NCBI GenBank assembly: GCA_951406725.2 | Contig: OX597828.1 | Span: 34,968,001-35,032,000 of the forward strand | Source: Octopus vulgaris | Lineage: Eukaryota | Reading direction: 5' to 3' | DNA length: 64,000 nt | Part shown: one piece after another, positions 13,189 to 26,219 of the stretch | Layout of the letters: every line of letters starts with the position of its first letter | Position numbering within the stretch: the first letter of the stretch is position 1 | Notes under the pieces: model-generated | Database searches by the model: none | Told to the model about the DNA's origin: nothing | What the model saw: only the letters and a program-made list of their open reading frames with translations | Made by a program: the position numbers and the translations under genes

Positions 13189-15029
13189 TCATATATATAT
13201 GTATTAGAAAACGTGGAGAAAGAAGGAAAGCGAGAAGAAATGATTTTCGTTGAAAAAGATAACGTGATAGACAGAGAATGAAAGAGAATATATATATATA
13301 TATGTGTGTGTGTATGTATGTATGTATGTATGTATGTATACATTTGTATATAGTTTCTTGTCGGAGTTGTGTGTGGGTAAATAGGACTCATAAAACTTTA
13401 TGAAGATGTGTGGATGCGTGAGATGGATAGATAGAGAGAGAGAGAGAGTGGGGAAACAGAGAGAGAAACAGACAGAGACAGACAGACAGAACGACAGAGA
13501 CAGAAACAAAGAGACAGGGAGAAAGAGGAGAGAGAAGGAGAAAGCGAGAGAGAGAATGAGTGTTTTGCATGAGTTTGTGTAAGGAAAATAAGTAACCCGA
13601 AAAAGTATTTCTGTCCGTGTATATGTGTGTGTGTGTGTGCGTGCGTGTGTCCGTGTGTGCTCGCGGCGCGCGTGCTCGTTTGCTTGGTTTGTTAGCATGT
13701 TGGTAATCAATTCTCTAATCAAGGTTTTTACGATCAAATCCTTGCTCCGACGACTGAGTCCCGGTTATTAAACTAACGTAGCGGCGTCAATTTTAAAACG
13801 AAATCTCGCGGAGATTTATGTGGCTGCTTTTTAAGCGACAAATTTGAAAGAAATCTGCGATTTATTTCTATAGTCAGTCATTATGTTTATTTATTCATTG
13901 CATTAATTTCTCTATTTATATGTGTCTACATTTATTTATTTACAAAATAATCGCTAGATGGGAAGTGGACATTTATGAGTAAAAATAAATTGCTCATTTC
14001 GCTAGGCAGGCGTATGAAAACGAAATATTTAGGTGTGTGTTGTGTGTGTGTGTGGGGGGACTTTAATTTGCTAAATCCGATTCCTGTATAGCAGTGTTTC
14101 TTATGGGAGTAGAGAATGTAAGGATCGAAACTGGGTACTCAAATTGCCGTGTTAAATAAGATGCCTTTAAACCTTTTAAATTGTCCGATATCGTGGCGAA
14201 CATAAAAGAATAATACGAATGCAAAACTTATTTATTTATTTATTTATTTATTTCATGAGGTTCAGCGATTTGGTGAGCAGGTTTCAAGCTTGCTACTGAC
14301 TGACATCAAAGTGGTTCTATTCCAGATTTCGGCCGACAGGTACTAGGGTCCTACTTTAATGACGGTGACCCCGACATGACAACAGTTCGTCAAGGGCAAA
14401 AGATTAAAATAATCCTCTCTGTATCATACTTAATGTAAATACATCATTGAAAGGCAATATTACTGTGGTATTTGTCCAGAGGTAACATCTATTATGCGCG
14501 TGCCGTGTTTAAAAACTCATTTACATAAGTGGGCGACTAAAGCCCGTCCCATCAGCTACTAGCCGTTCCTGAGAGAAATCTCTGACGAAATACTGCTGTA
14601 ACTTGCCTATCAACGGTGTATATACATTGCATATGATACACAGAGAGCCAATTTTATGGATCAACCTTTATGCGTAGCAACATGATTTCACGGGCTTCAC
14701 GTAATTACGGGATCAACTTTCATTTTAATATGCTTCCTACGAGTTCTAATAAACCATTTTTCTTCTTTCCATCACTTTGGGTTTGAAGCCGCAGTCTGAT
14801 ACTAACATTTCGTAGATGTAGTATGACTATTATTATGTACTCTTGTATACTAATGAGGATCATAAATATATACTATTGTTAATTATATTTTAATCAGTGG
14901 CTGAAACTAAATGGCGTATACCAATGTAAAAGAGTAACTAGCACACCGGTGAGAAAGGGGTTCAACATTTAGCATTTTGTTGAAGGGATTAACTTTTATC
15001 GGTTTAAGAACCACTATAATGGTTTACGA

Positions 15030-16300
15030 TTCAGGAACGAGCCCAGCAATTTTGGTGGGGAAAAGTGTAGTCGATATCATCAAACTCATCACTTGATTGA
15101 TACTTTAATTCATCGACCTCGAAGAGACGAAGCGCAAAGTTGGTTTCGGCAGGATTTGAACTCAAAACCTAAATAGCAGAAACGAATACAGCATGGCATC
15201 TTTTTTATAAGCTTTGACGATTTTGCTTGTTCTATGCATTAAAAGTCGTCTACTATAGGTACAAGGACAAAAATTATGAAGATGAGGGGACCATCACGTC
15301 GACTCTTTTACTTCACTGGTATTTCATTTTATCGAACACAGACGTATAAAAGGCAAGGTTGACTTCGGTAGGAATTGAACTCGCAACAAAAAGAGCCGGC
15401 ATGAATACCTATTTCTTTATTACCCACAAGGGGCCAAACACAGAGAGGACAAACATGGACAGACATAGGTATTAAGTCGATTATATCGACCCCAGTGCTC
15501 AACTGGTACTTAATTTATCGACCTCGAAAGGATGAAAGGCAAAGTCGACCTCGGCGGAATTTGAACTCACAACGTAACGGCAGCCGAAATACTGCTAAGC
15601 ATTTCGCCCGACGTGCTAACGATTCTGCCAGCTCGCCGCCTTATACCGCATGAATACCGTAAAGCGATTAGTTTTATTTTTACGGTCTGCTCACTCGCTA
15701 CTTTAAATGGTTTCTCATTTAGAGAAAGCACGAACAGTACTTGAAGTGGAACTTTATTTTATCGATTCCAAAATGATAATAGGCAAAGTTTGAACTCGGT
15801 GGCAATGGAACACAAAATGTAAAGCACCGACGCAAATACTGCAAAACATTGTGTCCGACGTTTTAGCAATTCTACCAACACACTGCCTTCCACTACTTTA
15901 TAATACGATGCTGGTTGTTTTATAAGGGCTTTTTGTTTTACACCTTTAGCGTCAGGCGGCGAACTGAAATATACTTTGGCATACTGGGGGAGAGCTGGCA
16001 GAAACGTTAGCACGCCGGGCTAAATGCTTAGCAGTATTTCGTCTGTCTTAACGTTCTGAGTTCAAATAACAACGAGGTCGACCTTGCCTTTCATCCTTTC
16101 GGGATCGATAACTGTAGTACCAGTTGCGTTCTGGGTCGATCTAATTGCCTGGCTCTCTCCCCCAAAAATTTCGGGCCTTATGCCTAGAGCAGGAGAGAAT
16201 ATACTTCAGCATATATGGTCAAACTCCCGGCACTCCAGGTTCAAATCTCGCCTAGGTCAATTTCATATTTTATCGTTTGAAGCCTATAAATAAAGAACCA
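15030..16300. mobile_element. Cluster of about six SINE family B copies of different ages, nested and inverted
   Basis: Old minus copies at ~15030-15240, ~15250-15700 (host) and ~15730-15890; young minus copy 15410-15642; plus copy ~15985-16197 flanked by aatatactt(tg/ca)gcata; plus fragment ~16235-16300. Confidence 0.85.
15410..15642 (-). mobile_element. Young full-length SINE B inserted in an older SINE B, 11-bp TSD
   Basis: gcatgaatacc at 15399-15409 and 15648-15658 flanks a complete copy. Confidence 0.9.
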
Positions 16301-16331
16301 GTTATATGTAGCATGTTAAGGCGTGCTTGCA

Positions 16332-16370
<39 letters not shown>

Positions 16371-16371
<1 letters not shown>

Positions 16372-16751
16372 TGGCACTCCATATGTATATATATGGAGTA
16401 CTACCATGAGGGTTCCAGTTGATCCGATCAACGGAACAACCTGCTCCTGAAATTAACGTGCAAATGGCTGAGCACTCCACAGATACGTGTACCCTTAACG
16501 TAGTTCTCGGGGGAGATTCAGCGTGACACAGGGTGTGACAAGGCGGGCCCTTTGAAATACAGGTACAACAGAAACAGGAAGAAAGAGTGGGAGAAAGTTG
16601 TGGTGAAAGAACACATCAGGGTTCGCCACCACTCCCTGCTGGCGCCTTATGGAGCTTTAGGTGTTTTCGCTCAATAAATGCTAACAACGCCCGGTCTGGG
16701 AATCGAAACCGCGAGTCCGCTGCCCTAACCACTGGGCCATTTTGCCTCCAC
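16371..16751 (-). mobile_element. SINE family C
   Basis: Reverse complement is colinear with 34144-34528 (ggaggc...atggcccagtggttagggcagcggactcgcggtttcgattcccagaccggg). Confidence 0.9.
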
Positions 16752-17074
16752 ATATAAACATGTGTGTACGCGCGCGCTCCATCTGTTAGCATTCGTAAAG
16801 GCCTGTGATGATGCAGGTACCAAGGGGTATCGTACTTAACTTTCTCTTGGGCAAAATTTGTGAATACACCTCAGAATGTAGATATATACTCAAATACATT
16901 TACATATATAAAATACATGCGTATATGTACATAAATATATAGGTATGTATATGTATTACCTAAAAGCTATTCACATGCGTCATGTTTTGTAATTTATATA
17001 TATGTGTGTGTATATGTAAGCTTAGCTTAATATATTATATATAATTATAAAAATTTAATATGTGACTGCGTGTG

Positions 17075-17255
17075 TATCGTTGGCGATTTTTTTCCTCCGT
17101 CTTCCCTTCCTTGGACATTTCCTTTTTCTATGTTTCTGACGAAGAGCCCCACTCGAAACGTCAAATTTTCCTTCTTTCTTTCCTTTCCTGAGCGTCCAAT
17201 AACACTATACTTGTTCCACGTCCTCCTTGTGTTTTCATGTTTGGATTAACTTTAT
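17075..17255 (+). mobile_element. Short pyrimidine-rich element carrying a minimal hammerhead motif (Penelope-like or retrozyme-like remnant)
   Basis: Contains ctgacga-a-gagccccactc-gaaac-gtc; a related element lies on the minus strand at 18765-18990. Confidence 0.6.
17132..17166 (+). ncRNA. Minimal type I hammerhead ribozyme motif
   Basis: gttt CTGACGA a GAG cccca CTC GAAA C GTC aaat: both core boxes, stem II, palindromic ACGT stem III, GUC cleavage triplet, short ttt/aaa stem I. Confidence 0.65.
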
Positions 17256-17294
17256 ATAATTTATAAACAAATATGTGTGTGTGTGTGTGTGTGT

Positions 17295-17581
17295 GTTTTG
17301 GCAAAGTTGGATATGGAAGACCAGCAGTTGCCCATGGGTACCAGTTTCTACGCCACCAGTGTTATCCAAGGGAAAGGCAAAGGGGCCGATACAGCTTGGC
17401 ACCGGTGACGTCAGAACTCATTTCTACAGACGAGTGAACTGGAGCAGCAACGTGAAATAAAGCGACTTGCTCAAGAACACAACACACAGCTCATTCCAGT
17501 CCATTCCAGTCCAGTCCAGGAATCGAACTCGCTACCTCATGATTGTGATCCCGATGCTCTAACCACTGAGACATGCGCCTT
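17295..17581 (-). mobile_element. SINE family D
   Basis: Reverse complement matches 44252-44600 (aggcgcatgtctcagtggttagagcatcggg; gttcttgagcaag; gtgccaagctgtatcggcccctttgcctttccc). Confidence 0.85.
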
Positions 17582-17709
17582 ATTAACAGAAACTAATGCT
17601 TAAACTACAGATAATTGAATCAGTCTCAAATCATGGCCGAAGAGAGTGTTGAAGCCGCAGTCTGCTGGACACAATAATAGCTGTGTTTGTAGAACCTTTA
17701 CAAATGATG

Positions 17710-17768
<59 letters not shown>

Positions 17769-18275
17769 TAGTGATTGAGAGCAGTGGTTGATGGACAGTA
17801 GACAAAAAAAAAATGGACGTTGTACTACTTTGTTTTTGCCAAATCAGTGTCTAGCTGTCCTACAAGTTGAATATATTGAATATGATTTGTAGCACAGCTG
17901 CCACGAATCAAATGGGGACATCACAGGTTTTATGTTGCCATCAATTATGTATTACACATGCGTTAGTTAGACGAATAGTGACTACTCAATGTGTATTTAT
18001 GAATGAATGAACGAGCGAACCACGATTAACGAATGCATATCAACTACACACATACACATTCTGGTAGACGTGGCTTGCCACTAATGTGTAATATAGTATA
18101 GATGTAATATTCGTCTGTTGTGAGGTGTTTGGGTCTGTACGGGATTCTTAATAACTTAACATACAGCACAAATACACACACATATATATATATATATACG
18201 ACGTGTATATTTATATATATCCGTATACCCTTTTAGCTATTTTCAGTCATAGAACTGTGGTCATGCAGGGAAACT

Positions 18276-18309
<34 letters not shown>

Positions 18310-18553
18310 CATTTATTATAATGTTATATGATATACTGATTATATGATTATAATGTTATATGATATCCATATATGCATGAATATGTATTATATATCTACA
18401 TACATATGCATACATAAAAATACACGTTGTATGTCTTATAAATGTTATATATACATTTATACAATAAACATTTTTTTATGTATATATGTATAATATACAC
18501 AATTCATAGATACGTTATACATATATAAAGACACACACATATACATACATATT

Positions 18554-18587
<34 letters not shown>

Positions 18588-18764
18588 CGTGTGTTTGTGT
18601 GTGTTATATGATAGACAGAGTTCTGCACCATCTTCATCTACTTCGTTCGACTCAGGAAATAAATATGATACTTTACTAAAAAGTGTTGTATTATCCTTTA
18701 ATCCAATGTTTCAATGCTTTTGCAAAACCATACATAAACACCCCCCCACACACACACACACAGA

Positions 18765-18990
18765 GCAAAGCAAAGAGAAACACGAAAAAACAGCGAGCGT
18801 GCAAGGGAGGGGAACAGTTGATATTATTAGCGTGACGCTTCAAGAATGGAAAAAGTTATTAGAGTAAACGCATTACGTTTCGGACACATGTCGTTCGTCG
18901 GAAACTAGAAGAAAGTCAAAGACAGAATGGATAAAGTCAAAAGAAAGGAAAGGAGAAAAGAAAGAGAGACGAGAGCCAGGAAAAAGTTTC
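18765..18990 (-). mobile_element. Hammerhead-bearing short element related to 17075-17255
   Basis: Minus strand reads gttt CCGACGA a cGAC atgt GTCc GAAAC GTA, followed by gaagcgtcacgctaataatatcaactgttcc, similar to gagcgtccaataacactatacttgttcc. Confidence 0.5.
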
Positions 18991-19065
18991 ACGTACCTGC
19001 AATCAAGTACGGCCTTTTATCATATCAGAATTAACACATTGTCTAAGCCAAGACATGCCCACTTC

Positions 19066-19101
<36 letters not shown>

Positions 19102-19106
<5 letters not shown>

Positions 19107-19404
19107 TGTTCCTTCTCGAGCCATGCCTGGCTCATAAGGGCCGGTTTCCCGGTTTCCTTGGCGTATAGGTTCCCCACTTGGACGGGACGCCAGTCCGTCG
19201 CAGGTGAGCAGCGAGATACAGGAGGAAAGAGAGTGAGAAAGTTGTGGCGAAAGAGTCAGTAGAAGTTTCGCCATTACCTTCAGCCGGAGCTGCGTGGAGC
19301 TTAGGTGTTTCGCTCATAAACATACATATCGCCCGGTCTGCGATTCGAACCCGCGAGCCTTCGACCGCGAGTCCGCTGCTCTAACCAGTAGGCCCATGCG
19401 CCTA
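19102..19404 (-). mobile_element. SINE family C head with alternative tail type X
   Basis: Head gcggactcgcggtcgaagg...gttcgaatcg, gagcgaaacacctaagctccac as in family C; 3' part cctgcgacggactggcgtcccgtcc...ggcccttatgagcc differs from 34144. Confidence 0.85.
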
Positions 19405-20633
19405 CACACACACACATAATATATATATTAGGAATTTGTGGTTAATCATTTTACCTTTGCCCATATAATACAGTAAATGAATTGATTGCATCGCAATCCT
19501 TAACATTTATGTATTAACTTTGTTGGGTACTTCACTAGCAGTATATTGGATATATATTATCCCATGGAGGGTTGCATTTACATCCCCTATCTCAATTTGT
19601 ATATATATATATATATATATATATGTGTATGTATGTATATATATTCTAGATTGCATGTGTCTTCGTTTAGACAATGGTTTAATGCTAATAAAAGTCCGTA
19701 TTTAATTATTCAACCAAAATATTATATATATATATATAATAAGTTTATTTTTCACGTTTATTGATTTCTGCTAAGATGGAAACCAAGCAACACCTTTTTC
19801 TCTAAATAGCACAACGCAACAAAAATAACATCAACAATAAGGAAGAATAAATGAACAAATAAAAGAAAGGGAAAGAAAATTGTTGCTTTCCATTTTGGTA
19901 TTCTCCTCACTGAAGTTTAGGTAGGAAAAGGGAGCGTTAATAATTGCACAGTAAACCCTCCCATTCACAAAATCGCAGCGGAAACACATGCAATGATAAA
20001 ATACAAAAAGCAACCCCCGTTGCTGTTCTATTTTACTCCCTGTTATTTTTTTTTTCATTCTTTTTTTTTCTTTCTCTTATTCGTTCATTTATTTGTCAGT
20101 TATGTTTTCTTTTAGATATCATTTGTTTATTTATTCGTTTTTTGTTTTTGTTTTGCATACCGTTTTGATATTTCTTTTTTCTGTTTTGTCGGGTGCGGTG
20201 AGGGCTGGAAGTAGTAATTTTTGTTAGCTTTATTCATTTTCTTATACAGACTCTATTTATTTTTATGCATTATGTTGTAACTGTGATAATACAGCAGTGA
20301 ATAGGCAAACAGAGATTCGTGTATACGTGTATGTATTTCATATATGTATGTCTGCATGTATGCTGCGCCTTTGCCAGGTGGTAAACACCTACAGTTCGCT
20401 TCCTGTATATGAAATGCTATAATCGATGTCAGGAACCAATCAATTCATATATATATATATATGTAATAGTTGTATGTAATAGATGTATGTATGTATTGTT
20501 TCTTGTTGAGAACTCATTGAGAAGTGTATGGAGGTGTAGCAAATTTCCCTGACAAATCAATCAATTAATAAAAAGAAAACTGTACTGAAACCACTGCACG
20601 TAAATTTATTTGTAAAGAGGATCTCCAAAATTA

Positions 20634-20671
<38 letters not shown>

Positions 20672-21338
20672 TGCTGACGTCGAGGGGACGTGAATCCTTC
20701 TGGGATCTGGAACGCTACTTTTCCTATCAAAATATTTTTTTTCAATTCACTGTTTACTTGCTATTGTTTTTAACTTTAGACATGGCTCTATTCGAATTTG
20801 ATTGTCTTACGGATTTTTCGTGTTTCCTTGCTAGTCCTTTTATGTCTATCTTGGAAGAATGGAATTCCTGAAACCATTAGTCCATTGATGTTTCAAAACC
20901 TTTCCGATGTAATCCTCGGAATGGATGGATGAGAACAGTTGCGTTTCATTCGCGCGCTATGCATTGAGCCTCAAAGGATCAAGGGAATACTTTTATAACT
21001 GATAGAAATGATTAACGCCAGATTTTAAAATTATGTAACGGTTAAATCCAGATAGATCTTATGACGCGTACCGCTAGTGTTGTATATCACAAGTGATGTA
21101 CTTGTGTTCCTTTTTCGTTTGTATTTTTGTGTGGTTTGTATTTTGCCGTGTGTAAACTTTTCAATATTATGTCCTTTGTGTGCGCATGTGTGTAATCCTA
21201 TATAAATTTGTTGCCTGTCAACTAATATTTGTCATTCTATTATCATTTCAGGTAATGTATTATAAAGAATTCCGTTCACTCCTTGATGTTAATGCATCGT
21301 CAACCGGTGAGAGGGTTTCATGCTTGTGCGGCCGGTGT

Positions 21339-21566
21339 AACAGTCTGAGTCGTGATGTTTACAACTTACATTGGTTTTCAGAAGAGGGTTCTGTGGTTTG
21401 TTATTTTGTGATTTCATTTCCTTAATGTTGTTTTTCGTTCTGGCGTTTTTGCAACAGTCTGAGTCGTGATGTTTACAACTTACATTGGTTTTCAGAAGAG
21501 GGTTCTGTGGTTTGTTATTTTGTGATTTAATTTCCATAATGTAGTTTTTCGTTCTGGCATTTTTGC
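21339..21566. repeat. Direct tandem duplication, 2 x 114 bp
   Basis: aacagtctgagtcgtgatgtttac starts at 21339 and again at 21453; few mismatches. Confidence 0.95.
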
Positions 21567-21772
21567 AATTTTTTTTCTAAATATGAGTTTGTGGTTAGCT
21601 GTGATACATGCTACTGAAATATCAGTTATATAAACAACCTATTATGGTAAGAGAGTTAAGTAAATCTTTGCATTTCTTAATTCCTTTAACCTGTATAAAC
21701 AGTACTTATGAAATACGCTCCAAAACACTAATCTATCTATATATGTATGTGTGTGTGTGTGTGTGTGTTTGT

Positions 21773-22156
21773 GTGGAGGCGCAATGGCCCAGTGGTTAGG
21801 GCAGCGGACTCGAGGTCATAGGATCGCAGTTTCGATTCCCATACCGGGCGTTGTGAGTGTTTATTGAGCGAAAACACATAAAGCTCAACGAGGTTCCGAC
21901 AGGGAGTGGTGGTGAACCCAGTTGCATTCTTTTACCACAACTTTCTCTCACTCTTTCTTCATTTTTTCTGTTGTACCTTTATTTCAAAGAGCCAGCCTTG
22001 TCACGTTCTGTGTCACGCTGAATCTCCCCGAAAACTACGTTAAGGGTACACGAGTCTATGGAGTGCTCAGCCACTTGCGCATTAATTTCGCGGACAGGCT
22101 GTTCCGTTGATCGGATCAACTGGGACCCTCGTCGTCGTAACCGACAGAGTGCCACG
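21773..22156 (+). mobile_element. SINE family C, full length
   Basis: A-box tggcccagtgg, B-box gtttcgattcc, tail gtcgtcgtaaccgacagagtgcc. Confidence 0.92.
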
Positions 22157-22248
22157 ATATGTATATATATATATATGTATATATATACAGATAGATAGAT
22201 AGATAGATAGATAGATACATACATACATACATAGATCGTGGCACCCTG

Positions 22249-22298
<50 letters not shown>

Positions 22299-22789
22299 TA
22301 TATACTTATATAATATTCATCTAACAACTAATATATGCTCTCTAATATAACTGGTTATTATACCTGTTAGAAAAGAAACCAGTCTTGTATATTGGATATG
22401 TTCTTAATGTAAGCGGTAAATTCCTTGTAAACTAATATGGAGCGATAAGGTTTCAATTACTAGATGGTGAAAATTCATCAAATTCTTCCCTTGGAATTCT
22501 CATTTTTAGTTGTTATACATCCATCCATAATACATACATACGTACTTACATACTTATGTACATGCATACATCCATGCATAGATGCGATGCATTCATGCAT
22601 GCATACATAAATTTTAGTTGTTTATACATGTCACCATCTCCCATTCTACTAACCATATCTAAAATAAAGTGCTTCTATGTGGTAGCTTAATCTACTAGAA
22701 AATTCAACCAAATCTCTGACATATAACACTCTACCGTATTAAGGAAGGAAGGACATTTTGGTTAATATAGTTCTAAATATATCTTTTAA

Positions 22790-22990
22790 TCTTTTACTTG
22801 TTTCAGTCGTTGGACTGCGACCATGCTGGGGCATCGCCTTGAAGTGCTTAGTCGAACAAATCGACCCCCGTAGTCAGTTGCAAATCCGGTAGATATTCTG
22901 TTGGATACCTATTACCGAACCGTTAAGTTATGGTGACGTATTAAATCCTTCACCGATTGTCAAGCGGGGGTGAAAGGTAAACACACACAT
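22790..22990 (-). mobile_element. SINE family A 3' half
   Basis: ttttacttgtttcagtcgttggactgcgaccatgctggg ... ccgaaccgttaagtta ... ttgtcaagcg. Confidence 0.8.
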
Positions 22991-23014
22991 ACATTTATAC
23001 ATACATGCATGCAC

Positions 23015-23068
<54 letters not shown>

Positions 23069-23559
23069 TTTGCAACACTGAATGAAAACCCTACTTTTAT
23101 TCCGAGGGGAAAAAAAGAAACTATAAAAATATTAAATTTGATGTGGAAATGGTTAAAAAAAAAAAAAACTTGCCAAAGAAACCCGTCCTGTCAAGTCGTC
23201 CTCCCCACAGCCACTATTTTCTTGTTTTTTTTTTTTTTTTTTTTTCACTGTAATTGTTGGTCGGGGTTGTGACCTAGTTAAATAAATATTCTACTGCTAT
23301 CACTGAATTTCTTAATTACTTGTTGGGAAAAGATGCAGGAGATCGAATGCTGCGCGCTAGTATCAATTTACAATGCTAAAAGAAACCAGAAAATGTAACA
23401 ATAAAAATACTAATAAAAACACCAATAAAAATATGAATATATGTATTACTGTAATTCTTAAAATAGAATCGTGGTTGCTTAACGTTAATTAGCGGAAAAA
23501 CACAAAGCGAAAGGAAACTAGCGTCTTTAAAGAAAATAATAATAATAATAATAATGATG

Positions 23560-23604
<45 letters not shown>

Positions 23605-24121
23605 GTTTCAAATTTTGGCACTAATCCAACAATTTTAGGGATCAGGTAAGTTGATTAGATTGACTCCAGTTTTCAAATGGAATTTATCAACCTGGAATGA
23701 ATGAAAAGAAAAATTGCCCTCGCTGGAATTTTAACTTAGAACGTAAAGCCGAACGAAATACCATTCAGCATTTCATCCGACGGAAGAATTTTAAGGCATT
23801 CACATAGTCCTTTGACGAACCCTATTGTCATATTGGAAAAGCTTCATTTTGTAATTTTAAAAAAAATATTACAAATAGCTTTTAAGATATAGATAACAGA
23901 TTAAATGATACATTTTGTTTTTTGCCATTATTGGCAGAATTGTTGGACGAATGAATTACTTGTTCAATATTGTTGGTCTTTATTGCATTCTAATATCAAC
24001 TCTATTCGGGGGTTAACTCTGAGCTTTTCTTTATTCATCCTTTTAACCCCACTCCACTCCGATTGTTCTAATTTAATATAGTGATAGTTACTTCCATTTG
24101 TTATTAATATTTAATTCTCTT

Positions 24122-24354
24122 AAGGCGGCGAGCTGGCAGAATCGTTAGCACACCGGGCGAAATGCTTAGCGGTAGTTCGTCTGCCGTTACCTTCTGAATT
24201 CAAATTCCGCCGAGGTCGACTTTGCCTTTCATCCTTTCGGGGTCGATTAAATAAGTACCAGTTATGCACTGAGGTCGATGTAATCAACTTAATCCCTGTG
24301 TCTATCCTTGTTTGTCCCCACTATGACTAGCCTCCTGCGGGCAATAAAGAAATA
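24122..24354 (+). mobile_element. SINE family B, full length, TSD aatatttaattctctt
   Basis: Complete head-to-tail copy ending aaagaaata; the same 16-mer lies on both flanks. Confidence 0.93.
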
Positions 24355-25980
24355 AATATTTAATTCTCTTAAGATTTACAGATGAGTTAATTTGTCCTCA
24401 ATCAAAATCTTCAGACTATAAATATTTAAGCAAAATCTGATTTTTTTAGGAGATTTGCATAGATAAAAAGGTGTGTTAGTTCACTCGTGAGTTAGAGTTT
24501 GCTTTTCCCATCTTATGTAAATCAATTATTGTTTGGAGGTGTTTGCGTCATGGACAGAGAAATTATAGTGTGAATAAAGAGACGACGAGTGAACAAGGTA
24601 TTTCTTTACAAAGACGATGTATTATGAGTTGATTTAATTTAACGCTATGAATTAATTATAAATACTTCAGATATCTCACTGTGACTCTGAAAATAGTGAA
24701 TAAATCTTTGATTCTTAGTACAAGAGGCCGTTGGAAATCGATACTAGGTATGGGAATATGTTTCTTAGGATTTCAGATGTAAATGGCCGCGAGAAAATCA
24801 GTATTAGAACTTGTCGATGTGTTAGTTATAAAATTATAAGAAATCTTTTCCGACCGACTGAATTAATGTGTTTATTAGTTTCAGAGACTGAGTTGGAATA
24901 ATTTTAACCGTTTAGCATTTAAGCTGTTACTGAAGAACACACAAGATAAAAACGTAACCTTTGTTATTTCGTAGACTTTGCACCAAAGTCTCGTCTTTAT
25001 GCCGTTTGTTGAACTCGATCCAAATCCTTTTTGATTATATTCGATCTGGCTTTCGAGATTATCGATCGATGTTTGCGAAGAATGCACCATATGACCAGTA
25101 ATCCTTAATACACTCGTTGGCTGGACACCAATGCCTGGCCTTGTGTCTTTCTGTCAATGATCAAGTCTGAACTTGAGATGCTGTTATTGATTTAGAGCCT
25201 TCATTTTAACCCCAATCAAGCAGAACTATGATCAAAGGAGTTACAGCCATAGCTATCTCACTGTTTTATGCTCGCGTTTCTAACAATATATTATCCAATG
25301 TGTCTTACTTCTTAAGCTAAAGTGTGACTTGAAGTTTACCAGTCAATAACTTGGTCAGCTTCTCTAAACGTAGAAGCACATCAGCCTATTGACATGTATC
25401 GGAAATCATAGGTTGGTACGTAGTTAACCAGTAAGTCAGTTATCTAGAGAAGTACGTACATAGGGAGTTAGAGTATGCTATTAATCTATCTTCATAGATG
25501 GATACATTAATAGCAACGAATGGCACAGAAATGGAAGCGAGAGCATGAAGTAGAATTAGTTCGTATGAGAGCTTACCACAATTTTTGCTTGCTCTCTTTT
25601 GGCTCGACCTCAGAGTACTAAAACCATAACCGTAGGAATGGAGCAGTTACCAGAAGAGGAACAAAAAAATGTAAATTGAAATGAAAATAAGGACTGTAAA
25701 AATTAAACTGAAAAAAAAAATTATTACTTTAAAGGCGAATACAGAAACAGAAACAAAACGAGAGCAAAAAAAAACAAAATAGATAAAAATAAAAATTGAT
25801 AGAAAAAAATCTGCAAAGCTCTCTAGAGTAATCACGGGAATATTTTTAACGCTTATGAGAAATAAAGAGAGAAATCAATTCCATAATCGATAAGAAGATT
25901 ATAATAAAGAAAGTCTTGCATCACAGCATGCAAAGTGTTTCATGATAATTACACAGAGAGGAGAACATGGAAGTATTAGG

Positions 25981-26015
<35 letters not shown>

Positions 26016-26084
26016 TTCGATTGGCTTACGGCCATTCAAGGCTTCTTCATTGTGGCAGTCTATGAAATTTTAGTAATAACCAAT

Positions 26085-26097
26085 GCAGCTGCTGCTG

Positions 26098-26130
<33 letters not shown>

Positions 26131-26154
26131 TTGCTACTATTATTACTGCTGCAG

Positions 26155-26219
<65 letters not shown>

